Made by a program: the position numbers and the translations under genes
Shown: positions 8,369-16,486 of the stretch, piece by piece
Numbering within the stretch: position 1 is the stretch's first letter
Layout: every line of letters begins with the position of its first letter
Notes under the pieces: model-generated
What the model was told of the DNA's origin: nothing
The model's input: only the letters and a program-made list of their open reading frames with translations
Databases searched by the model: none
Assembly: GCA_023247385.1 (NCBI GenBank)
Contig: JAHFGO010000003.1
Location: 1 to 33,038 of the forward strand
Direction: 5' to 3'
DNA length: 33,038 bases
Origin: Candidatus Omnitrophota bacterium
GTDB taxonomy: Bacteria; Omnitrophota; Gorgyraeia; 2-01-FULL-45-10

Positions 8369-10225
8369 CTATATATCACCATTAAGATAATAGTAAATTA
8401 TTGCAAGATATTCGTGAACTATCCCCTTGATTTGCCGAAGGTCTATCTGTTTATGAAAGACGCCTCTTTTCACATGTGAATAAAATGAACTCTGCGGCAA
8501 AGGGGTGTATGTTACTTGTACATCTTTGGCGATCTTATCAAAGACGAGCGATACGCGCCGCATATGATAAGGAGAGCTGACCAATAAAATTTTTTTCCAT
8601 TTTTCTCTGTCTAAAATTTTTTTTGTAAATGCCACATTTTCATAGGTATTTCGCGCGGCATCCTCCAAGATGACAGCCCTTTCAGGCACACCCAATGATA
8701 TCGCCAGACCCTTCATCACCAGCGTCTCTTTAAAGACGTACATATAACCTGAGGAAAAGATCAAACGATCTGCATAACCTTTTTTGTACAATTCAACAGC
8801 ATACCCCACTCGCTCTTCATAGCCCTGGCCGGCCTTACCGGATTCTCCAACACCTCCTCCAAAGACAACGATACAATCTGCCTTCCGGGGTGCCTCTGAA
8901 ATATTTAACGGCTCGGCAATCGACCAGACTATGGGTGTACAAAATATCAGCAGATACATGCCGCCAAGAAGACTGGCTATCTTCAGTGCTCTTTTACGCG
9001 ATACTATATAAAATTTGAGAAAACGCTCCTTCCAGTCTGCGGAACTTTTGGTTTTCTTCGCAATAGCGTCTCCCATTAAATCGCCCATCTTCTCGATCCG
9101 CGCTGCCCAGCCATGCTTCTTTGCCGACTCTATCCGCTGCTCCCTCAATTCGCCAGCCTTGCCGTCAAGCACGCCTGATATCCTTTCTATAAACTCGTCA
9201 TGAGTTTTCCCAACCAGTACAATGTTATCATTCTCGTTATTAAAGTTGACAATTTCTGGCAAATTCGTAGATACTACAGGTTTGCCCATTGCATGATATT
9301 CATTTAATTTCGTGGGGAAGACGGTTGTAGTATAGCCGCTCACTTCATAAGGTATGATACAGACATCGAATTGATCTACATAATTTGGAAGAGTGGAAAA
9401 ATCTCTTTTTCCTAATAGATATATATTTGTGAGATTGCTTATCGCAGAGATATCCGCCTGTACAGGCCCAACTAGAACTATAGACCAGTCAGGATGAGAC
9501 TGGGCCATGAACTTTATTAAACCGAAATCCATATGCCTATGTATGCCGCCAACATACCCGATCACGGGCCGTTTTATATCTTTTATATCATCTGGAATAT
9601 CGGTGCCATCCTCCAGTACACTAAAGGTCTCTATATTTACTCCGAATGGGAATATATGCACATTCTTATTCAGGCCTTCGCACTTCTCTTTCAGGGCATT
9701 GCCCTGTGCAAATATCACGTCACTTTTCCTTATTAGTTCATCTTCTGTCTGGCGTATCTTTTTTGGATCATTTACCAATTCATAAAAATCTGCTATGCAG
9801 TAATAGACTAATAATTTCCTATCGATATCATTTATGATGTCGATAGCCGTGCCCGTAGGCAAGAACGTCCAGATGATAGGTTCATGAAATTCCATTATCT
9901 TCATCCATCGCCTTATAGGATTGATGAGCATATATCTATTTATATATCTAGCGATTTTAGAATATGGAAAAGGCAAAATTATCGGCGAGTACACATACAG
10001 ATTATTCATCTCCTCTCTAAAACCTCTTACGCTTTTAAACCAGTTGGCTATCCTCTTTTTGAGCCTCTGAATGTCAGTTAGGCTAGGTGGCCTGACGCCG
10101 GTGTTTTCAATAAATAAGACCCTATTGCCGTTTTTGGCAAAAGTTGACATTATCTCCTGATGGCCCTGCCATATAAAATCCCAATCGATCGAGGATATAC
10201 AAATTATGTCTTCGCCCTTTAGCAT
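8369..10225 (-). CDS. Fusion protein: N-terminal GT-B glycosyltransferase (GT4, TuaH-like), one TM helix, C-terminal DUF218 (YdcF/ElyC/SanA-like) domain
   Basis: 618 aa with an ATG at 10225. The N-terminus reads IICISSIDWDFIWQGHQEIMSTFAKNGNRVLFIEN and the acceptor/donor half reads VIGYVGG...FPTKLNEYHAMGKPVVSTNLPEI. The hydrophobic helix is ALKIASLLGGMYLLIFCTPIVWSI. The DUF218 blocks are ADCIVVFGGGVGESG, RLIFSSGY, NTYENV and ILLVSSPYHMRRV. Confidence 0.65.
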   Translation of the reverse strand: MLKGEDIICISSIDWDFIWQGHQEIMSTFAKNGNRVLFIENTGVRPPSLTDIQRLKKRIANWFKSVRGFREEMNNLYVYSPIILPFPYSKIARYINRYMLINPIRRWMKIMEFHEPIIWTFLPTGTAIDIINDIDRKLLVYYCIADFYELVNDPKKIRQTEDELIRKSDVIFAQGNALKEKCEGLNKNVHIFPFGVNIETFSVLEDGTDIPDDIKDIKRPVIGYVGGIHRHMDFGLIKFMAQSHPDWSIVLVGPVQADISAISNLTNIYLLGKRDFSTLPNYVDQFDVCIIPYEVSGYTTTVFPTKLNEYHAMGKPVVSTNLPEIVNFNNENDNIVLVGKTHDEFIERISGVLDGKAGELREQRIESAKKHGWAARIEKMGDLMGDAIAKKTKSSADWKERFLKFYIVSRKRALKIASLLGGMYLLIFCTPIVWSIAEPLNISEAPRKADCIVVFGGGVGESGKAGQGYEERVGYAVELYKKGYADRLIFSSGYMYVFKETLVMKGLAISLGVPERAVILEDAARNTYENVAFTKKILDREKWKKILLVSSPYHMRRVSLVFDKIAKDVQVTYTPLPQSSFYSHVKRGVFHKQIDLRQIKGIVHEYLAIIYYYLNGDI

Positions 10226-10252
10226 ATAATTTTTTCCATATATTAATACTAA

Positions 10253-10281
10253 ATTATATAAGAAAGATATTAGGAAGGCAA
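10253..10281 (-). promoter_or_regulatory. Candidate sigma70-type promoter for the downstream (lower-coordinate) half of the cluster
   Basis: On the minus strand the sequence is TTGCCT (10281-10276), a 17-nt spacer, then TATAAT (10258-10253). The -10 element lies about 28 nt upstream of the ATG at 10225. It sits inside the 124-nt AT-rich gap, one of only two real intergenic gaps in the window. Confidence 0.35.
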
Positions 10282-10349
10282 CTACAATCTTACATCATAA
10301 ATATCGCTATATTTAGCTTTGAAAGACTTAGTGGGAAGCAATATCGCTC

Positions 10350-10862
10350 TTAATCGAATTCGCTTTTTTTCCCAAAAATGATAAGCTTCATCATTATAAA
10401 CAGCCTTGCTATCAATAAAACTATATGTCGTTTAAGATAATATCTTCCGCTTTTGAATGTGATTTGTCTATTGTTAAGCAATCTTTTAAGCCGATTGTCA
10501 ATCATCTCTTTAGCATTGTAGCGTTCGAGAATCTGCTGCATAGAAAGTCCGTCTCTAGCGTCGTATATCTCCCTTAAAATCCTGATCCTCCGCGCTGTTT
10601 CGCTTAAACATATAAAACTGAAATAACAGTAAGATAGCGACGCATAGATCAAGAGATTTACCAAAAACATAGCTATGCGGTCGGTTAGCGCCATCGCCTC
10701 AATTCTAAAAAAATAAGATTGGTATATCAACAAGCCAAATGCGCCGGCACCGACGCCGACGAAAACGGATCTCAACAAGTTGGTCTTCAAAATATATCGG
10801 AAACTTGCGATCTGGAACAGCATATTTATTATAAGACAGGCTATGGGAACGAACGCGACCAC
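10350..10862 (-). CDS. Uncharacterised small membrane protein (3-4 TM) with a winged-helix-like soluble segment; paralog of 10864..11385
   Basis: 170 aa. The GTG start at 10862 is preceded by AGGAGG with a 5-nt spacing. Three N-terminal hydrophobic helices are followed by ARRIRILREIYDARDGLSMQQILERYNAKEMIDNRLKRLLNNRQITFKSGRYYLKRH and then a hydrophobic tail IVLLIARLFIMMKLIIFG. I do not recognise the family. Confidence 0.6.
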   Translation of the reverse strand: MVAFVPIACLIINMLFQIASFRYILKTNLLRSVFVGVGAGAFGLLIYQSYFFRIEAMALTDRIAMFLVNLLIYASLSYCYFSFICLSETARRIRILREIYDARDGLSMQQILERYNAKEMIDNRLKRLLNNRQITFKSGRYYLKRHIVLLIARLFIMMKLIIFGKKSEFD

Positions 10863-10863
10863 C

Positions 10864-11385
10864 TCATCCTCCTTTCGGCATGTTTAGTATTCTACGATAA
10901 AATATAAAAACGCGTTCTGTATAATTGCCTTTTTTGGTCAATCTATAAATATCCCCACTTTTATAGACCAATCCGTCTTTCATCAAATCCATGATTCTCG
11001 TCTTTATTAACATATCGTCCGTCATCATCTTATACAACTCTTCCTTGGCCAAGCCGTGCGATCCCGCATCAGCGATGTGTTGTATAATAAGTAGGGACGG
11101 ACTGTCTGCCTCTATAGCTGGATAATTAAATATATAGAAAAGACCTAGGGAAAGATAAAGCAGCGATATGTGAAGGCATTCTAAAAGATTTTTAGGAAAA
11201 AATAAATTGATGACGAGGGTAGATCTTGATGCAATCCATAAAAGGATGAGCGACAAAATCAAATTCAATAAAAATAGACGGAACAAGCTATTCGTCGGTT
11301 GTTTCGGCGGATATATCCTCCATCTGGCGATATGGATAGTAAAGAATATGAAAAATATAAGTATGCCCCATATGAGGATTAGCAT
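10864..11385 (-). CDS. Uncharacterised small membrane protein (3 TM) with a winged-helix-like soluble segment; paralog of 10350..10862
   Basis: 173 aa. The ATG overlaps the upstream SDR stop by 7 nt. Three hydrophobic helices are followed by SPSLLIIQHIADAGSHGLAKEELYKMMTDDMLIKTRIMDLMKDGLVYKSGDIYRLTKKG. This aligns by eye with the equivalent segment of the next gene (GL...e.l......mi..R...L......fKSG.YyL.k). Confidence 0.6.
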   Translation of the reverse strand: MLILIWGILIFFIFFTIHIARWRIYPPKQPTNSLFRLFLLNLILSLILLWIASRSTLVINLFFPKNLLECLHISLLYLSLGLFYIFNYPAIEADSPSLLIIQHIADAGSHGLAKEELYKMMTDDMLIKTRIMDLMKDGLVYKSGDIYRLTKKGNYTERVFIFYRRILNMPKGG

Positions 11386-12302
11386 CTCACCGCTTCAAAA
11401 CTTTGAATAGTATATCGAATGCCTTCTTCAAGAGAGGTCTTTGCCTTAAAACCCAATACTCGTTGCGCATTTTTTGTATCGTTATATAATCTGCTGTTAT
11501 TATTGTTAAGAGCATTATCTGCAAATCTTATTTGAGATGAAGAACGTGTTTCTTTGACGATCAGTTTTGCCAATTCTGCTAAAGTTGTCACCCTGCCGTT
11601 GCATATCGAGAAATGTCTGAAAGTATGAGAATGGGAATTCCAGAGATATCTCATAGTCAGATAGACGGCCTCCACAGCATCCTTATAATATATAAAATCA
11701 AACTGTTGGCGAGGGGTGGTTATGATGATTTCCTTATTATCCAACGATCTTGACATAATGTTCGGAAGCGCCTTCTCTGGGTTATCATATGCCGACCCAT
11801 AAACGTCGGAGAAACGAAGTGCTATCGTCCTGATTGAGTAATCTTTAGCATATCGAAAACATAAAAGTTCAGATATAAATTTAGAAATACCGTACATGTT
11901 CGTGATCTCTCTAAGGTCACTCTTTAAATCATTAGCTTCCCAGTCAAAGTTGACCTCTCGGGTACTGCTTATAATCAACCATGGTCTTTTTTGAGAAAGG
12001 CGTATACTTTCCAAAATGTTCAATGTCCCAATGACATTCAAGTCAATGCATTCATAAGGCATTTCTCTGGCCAGACTCACCCTGCTGAGTGCTGCTAAAT
12101 GAATGACGCCATCCATCTCAGAACAGGCCTCTACCAGTTGTCTCAGATTATTGATATCGCCTTTAATGAATTTCATTGTATCTATATCATTTCTTTTTTG
12201 AATATCGAACAGATACAAGTCATATTCGCTATATAATGACAGCAACTCGATCAGATGCATGCCGATAAAACCGCAACCGCCTGTGATGAGAATCTTTTTC
12301 AT
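11379..12302 (-). CDS. NAD(P)-dependent epimerase/dehydratase/reductase (extended SDR) acting on an NDP-sugar
   Basis: Motifs: KKILITGGCGFIGMHL Rossmann, SST...YGISK catalytic triad, LRFSDVYG. I prefer the ATG at 12302 (MKKILITGG), 13 nt after the aminotransferase stop. The ORF-track start at 12350 is a TTG that would add 16 residues and overlap the upstream gene by 35 nt. Confidence 0.75.
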   Translation of the reverse strand: MKKILITGGCGFIGMHLIELLSLYSEYDLYLFDIQKRNDIDTMKFIKGDINNLRQLVEACSEMDGVIHLAALSRVSLAREMPYECIDLNVIGTLNILESIRLSQKRPWLIISSTREVNFDWEANDLKSDLREITNMYGISKFISELLCFRYAKDYSIRTIALRFSDVYGSAYDNPEKALPNIMSRSLDNKEIIITTPRQQFDFIYYKDAVEAVYLTMRYLWNSHSHTFRHFSICNGRVTTLAELAKLIVKETRSSSQIRFADNALNNNNSRLYNDTKNAQRVLGFKAKTSLEEGIRYTIQSFEAVRC

Positions 12303-12315
12303 AATTTCAGCTGTC

Positions 12316-13422
12316 TCATTTTTTATGATAAAATTTTTTGATTGCAGCAATCACCACATCTACTGCGGAATCTTCCATTTCAGGATATATCGGAAGTGAT
12401 AATACGGTCTTGGATACATATTCGGTGCGGGGCAGATTAAACTTGCCCAGACCTAATGCCTTCTGAAGGTGGACGGGTTTGCGCCAGTGCACAAACACCT
12501 CTATCCCTTTCCGAGCTAAATGCTCAACGAGATCATCTCTTCGCTCAGCGCATATACAATATGAACTATATACATCATAAAATTCGCCATCTGACGGTGG
12601 CGGCGGAAGCCTTAATTCCGAGATTGAGAATAAGCCTTGGTGGTATTTCGAGGCTATCGTGCGTCTTTTTTCAATCCACTTTTTTAAATATTTATATTTA
12701 ATGTTGAGGACAGCTGCGTGTAGATTATCGAGGCGGCTATTGAACCCAAACGCTTCTATCTCATCCTTTGTCTTCTGTCCATGGTCCCTTAAAAGGCGAA
12801 TCTTTTCAGCAAAACTTTCATCATCTGTTGCCAGGAAACCTCCGTCTCCCGGCGCGCCGACTGTTTTAATTGGATGCAGGCTGAAACAGCCGATACCGAA
12901 AGTCCCTGTCTTCTTGCCCTTATATGATGCGCCGAGTGCTTGACAGCTGTCTTCTATAACTACCAGATCGTGTCTTTTGGCAATCTCCATTATCTTTGAC
13001 ATCTCGCAGGCTCGGCCATTAAGATGAACGGGAATGATGCCACAGGTCCTATTGGTGACAGCCTCTTCTATCCGGTTGACATCCATATTATAATCTTCTC
13101 CTATGTCCACTAGGACTGGCTCAAGGCCACAGTGCTTGATGGCGGCTATCGTGGCGATGAAGGTATGGCTGACCGTGATGATCTCGCTAGCCGGTTCGAA
13201 TCTCTGGGCATGGATTGCTAAAAACAGGCTGTCCGTTCCGCTGTTCAACCCTATGATGCAGCGGCATCCAAGGTAATTGGCCATATTCTTCTCAAATTTT
13301 TTCACGTCATCTCTTAAAATAAAACTGCCGGAAGAGAAGACGGCCTTGATTGCGGAAGAGAGATCTGTTTCCATATTTGCATACTGCTTAGGTAAATCGA
13401 TGTAAGGCACTTTGAACTTCAT
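12316..13422 (-). CDS. PLP-dependent NDP-sugar aminotransferase, DegT/DnrJ/EryC1/StrS (ArnB-like) family
   Basis: 368 aa with an ATG start. Family blocks: GLNSGTDSLFLA, IIPVHLNGRACEM, VIEDSCQALGASYKGKKTGTFG and FSLHPIKTVGAPGDGGF, which carries the Schiff-base Lys context. RLLRDHG is also present. Confidence 0.85.
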   Translation of the reverse strand: MKFKVPYIDLPKQYANMETDLSSAIKAVFSSGSFILRDDVKKFEKNMANYLGCRCIIGLNSGTDSLFLAIHAQRFEPASEIITVSHTFIATIAAIKHCGLEPVLVDIGEDYNMDVNRIEEAVTNRTCGIIPVHLNGRACEMSKIMEIAKRHDLVVIEDSCQALGASYKGKKTGTFGIGCFSLHPIKTVGAPGDGGFLATDDESFAEKIRLLRDHGQKTKDEIEAFGFNSRLDNLHAAVLNIKYKYLKKWIEKRRTIASKYHQGLFSISELRLPPPPSDGEFYDVYSSYCICAERRDDLVEHLARKGIEVFVHWRKPVHLQKALGLGKFNLPRTEYVSKTVLSLPIYPEMEDSAVDVVIAAIKKFYHKK

Positions 13423-13434
13423 CGGGTTTATCTC

Positions 13435-14277
13435 TTAAGACAATATATCGCCTTTCTTTAATCTTGTGTCGGCATTCACTAAAATAACACCATCATTGGT
13501 GCTTATAACATATCTTCCGTCGCGAGTGACCCCCAAGACTTCCCCGGCCCTCTTTCCCGGATATGCGCGTCTAAATTGTATCCTCTCTCGATTTTTGAAA
13601 CCGAAGGCATTAGGCATCGGATCGACGAGAGCATTTATAAATCGATTCAACTGGAAGCTGGTCTTCATCCAGTCTATCCTGCTATCAGCAGGCGTTCTCT
13701 TGGCCAGATAGGTTGAAAAGCCACGTATCTGTTTCCTTCGGTATGCGCACTTATTCTCTATCTGCCGAACTGCTGTGAGTAACAATTTTTTGCCGCATGC
13801 GATCAGCCTCTTTGAGATGGTGCCATAATCATCGTCTCGCGCAAATTCGATGCTATCCTGCAGAACAATATCTCCATCATCTATATTTTCATTCATAAAA
13901 TGGACTGTGATGCCCATCTCTCTCTCGCCATTTATGATTGCCCAATTCACAGGGTGACGGCCCCTATATTTTGGTAATATTGAAGTATGTAGATTGACAG
14001 CCCCAATTTTAGGAATGCCCAATATAGACAGTTTTATTATTTCGGGGTAGGCAATAAAGATCATTAGATCAGGCTCGATCTTCTTTATTCTGCCTGCCAG
14101 AGAATGTATATCATCCGTCACAATCGTCTCTATCCCTAACCGGCCCAATGCCCTTTTAGAGATCTCGAGATAATTATGTCTATGGAGCACCAGCAATTCC
14201 GGCCTGTATCCGAACTTGCAGAGGTTCTTTACATTCTCTATAAAGGGCTCTGACGAACCTCCCATGACTATCTTCAA
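13435..14277 (-). CDS. Formyltransferase, ArnA N-terminal-domain / Fmt-like (sugar N-formyltransferase candidate)
   Basis: [48 protein letters not shown] matches remembered ArnA [45 protein letters not shown]...[10 protein letters not shown] matches ArnA RRTPDDSFLEW...AVADPWPGAF. I place the start at the TTG at 14277 (MKIVMGGS), which has GGAGGA 7 nt upstream and lies 4 nt after the upstream stop. The ORF-track start at 14304 is another TTG that overlaps the upstream gene. Confidence 0.8.
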   Translation of the reverse strand: [280 protein letters not shown]

Positions 14278-14281
14278 TGCC

Positions 14282-14971
14282 TTATCCTCCACGCAGGATA
14301 TCAAAGACGGATTTTAGAATGCCGATTATATTTTTTATTCTAAATGCCTTGGAATGGCCCTTTTTTCTATCCAATAAATATATACCTACCTCTATATAGC
14401 CATAGCCTCTTTTTAACAATTTTACGAGCGCCTCAGCCTGATAGGCAAAACTATCCGTCTTTATTGCGATGGAACTTATGATCGAAGTTTTGTGAAGGAC
14501 CATTCCATTATAATATTTCAATCTAAGGCCCGCCGCCAGATTCACCAACTGCACAAAGCCCTTTGATATGATCTGTCTCCATAAAGGCCTGGAGCGCTCG
14601 TTCAAATGAAACGGTATCACCATATCCGCTTTATTTCTTAAATCGAAAGTGTCTTCGAATGCCTTTTGCTCAACATCATTATCACCTGTGACCAACATCA
14701 GGTATTCCATTCTGGCCATCTTGATGCCAGATTTATAGACGTAACCAAGGTTCATAGGTCGAGGATGGTGCATGGCTCTTACTTTGGGGTTAGTGCGCGC
14801 TATTTCATCGACGATTTTACCGGTGTCATCCGTTGAGCCATCATTGAATATTATCATTTCATAATCCGCAAATCTTCCATCTATCGCCCGTTTTACTTTA
14901 TCGTATGTCTGAAGCAGGTTATCTTCCTCATTCAAAGCCGTTATGATGATCGATATCGTATCTCGGTTCAT
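14282..14971 (-). CDS. GT2 glycosyltransferase, Dpm1/ArnC-like catalytic domain without TM helices (paralog of 19541..20311)
   Basis: 229 aa with an ATG start. Blocks: ISIIITALNEEDNL, IIFNDGSTDDTGKIV, LVTGDNDVE, MVIPFHLNERSRPLWRQIISKGF. No hydrophobic C-terminal helices are present. It aligns by eye with the 256-aa GT2 at 19541..20311. Confidence 0.75.
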   Translation of the reverse strand: MNRDTISIIITALNEEDNLLQTYDKVKRAIDGRFADYEMIIFNDGSTDDTGKIVDEIARTNPKVRAMHHPRPMNLGYVYKSGIKMARMEYLMLVTGDNDVEQKAFEDTFDLRNKADMVIPFHLNERSRPLWRQIISKGFVQLVNLAAGLRLKYYNGMVLHKTSIISSIAIKTDSFAYQAEALVKLLKRGYGYIEVGIYLLDRKKGHSKAFRIKNIIGILKSVFDILRGG

Positions 14972-14977
14972 CTTCGT

Positions 14978-16474
14978 CTATCGTTTAAATACCATCATCG
15001 CCTCGTAGAAAAATATCTTCGCAAAAGAGCATAATATCCTAAACGCGAATTTGATTAGATAAGACCATTCCTCTATATTGAAGTACCACCTCTGGGGCAA
15101 TGCCAGCCATCCTGCGGGTCCGGTCTTCTCCTTCAGGATCTTATAGATGCTCTGCGGACGGAATGAATAATAAAGATTATATTTTAGTATGTCATGCCTG
15201 AGGTCGTCTTCCGATGCTGTGCATGGGACATACGCTAATGGATTCTCTTTGAACGGCGATTCCACAAGCGTTCCACAGGCATTCAAATTCTCCCAGTCTT
15301 TCCCAGGATTGAACCTATTTTCCTCGACTGCTATCTCGTATAATTTTGTGCCGGGATACGGCGTTGCGTTATTAAATCTCACGTAATCCAAAGACAATTC
15401 TTTCGCGAGCCTGTAAGTAGCCCTGCGCTCTTCTTTGGTCTCGGTCGGAAGCCCTAATATAAATGTGCTTGATACCTGGAGACCGTGCTTTTTAGTTAAT
15501 TTAATTCCATTTATGATCTCTTCAACCGTTTCTTTCTTATCGATCAGCTTCATCAACCTTTCTGAAGCCGTCTCTATACCGAAATGGATCGTCCGGAAAC
15601 CAGCGACCTTAAGCGTCGTTAATATATTATCATCTACGGTGTCCCCTCTTGCCTGACAATCAAATATTGCCTTTTTATGAAAACCTTTTGCAATTATCCT
15701 CTCGCATAGATCCATGACCCTTTCTTTCTTCATCAGAAAAGAATCATCCGCGAATGTTATATATGTCCGTTTATATTTGTTTACCAATTCATCCAAACTC
15801 TCCATGACAACTTCCGAAGAGAAGAATCTATACCTTCTGCCTGATATGCTTCTCTGGCTGCAGAACATGCAATCGTAAGGACACCCTCTGGAGCTTGCGA
15901 CAAATCCCAACTCATATCGATCCTGATGGTGATCGAATAGATGATAGGGAAATCTTGGGATCTTGGTTAAATCCGGCAGGGTTGCATCTGAATTATGAAT
16001 GACGCAACCGTCTTTACGAAAGGAAATGCCCTTTATATCATCATATGTCCTATTATTTTTTATTCTTTCATATAATAGATTCAGTGTCTCCTCGCCCTCG
16101 CCGCGAACTACTATATCCACATCCTCATCCTTTAAAACGTCGTTGGGCATAACGGTAGGATGTATGTTTCCGAATATCACTATGCTATGGGGGTATCGTT
16201 TCTTTATAAGGCCCGCCAATTCAAGACCTCTTGCGATTCCAGCGGTCAAACAAGAAAAGCCAAAAATATATGGACGTTCAAATAATCTCGTGCATTCATC
16301 AAGTAGTGGTTCAGATACGCAGACTATCTCCTCATCTAATATCTTGACTCTTCTACCATGTTTAACTAGATAGCCAGCAAGATAACCTATTCCTATCGGA
16401 ACGCTTATGGGCACATATTTTGAGAATCCGCCTAACTTCTGTTTACGATTATAAGCCGGGCTAATGAATATCAT
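14978..16474 (-). CDS. B12-binding-domain radical SAM protein (class B type)
   Basis: 498 aa with an ATG start. The CxxxCxxC motif occurs in ASSRGCPYDCMFCSQ. The N-terminal cobalamin-binding-type region reads IVIFGNIHPTVMPND...VRGEGEETLNLL. Its architecture matches that of 4001..5431. Confidence 0.8.
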   Translation of the reverse strand: MIFISPAYNRKQKLGGFSKYVPISVPIGIGYLAGYLVKHGRRVKILDEEIVCVSEPLLDECTRLFERPYIFGFSCLTAGIARGLELAGLIKKRYPHSIVIFGNIHPTVMPNDVLKDEDVDIVVRGEGEETLNLLYERIKNNRTYDDIKGISFRKDGCVIHNSDATLPDLTKIPRFPYHLFDHHQDRYELGFVASSRGCPYDCMFCSQRSISGRRYRFFSSEVVMESLDELVNKYKRTYITFADDSFLMKKERVMDLCERIIAKGFHKKAIFDCQARGDTVDDNILTTLKVAGFRTIHFGIETASERLMKLIDKKETVEEIINGIKLTKKHGLQVSSTFILGLPTETKEERRATYRLAKELSLDYVRFNNATPYPGTKLYEIAVEENRFNPGKDWENLNACGTLVESPFKENPLAYVPCTASEDDLRHDILKYNLYYSFRPQSIYKILKEKTGPAGWLALPQRWYFNIEEWSYLIKFAFRILCSFAKIFFYEAMMVFKR

Positions 16475-16486
16475 ATTCTACCAACA

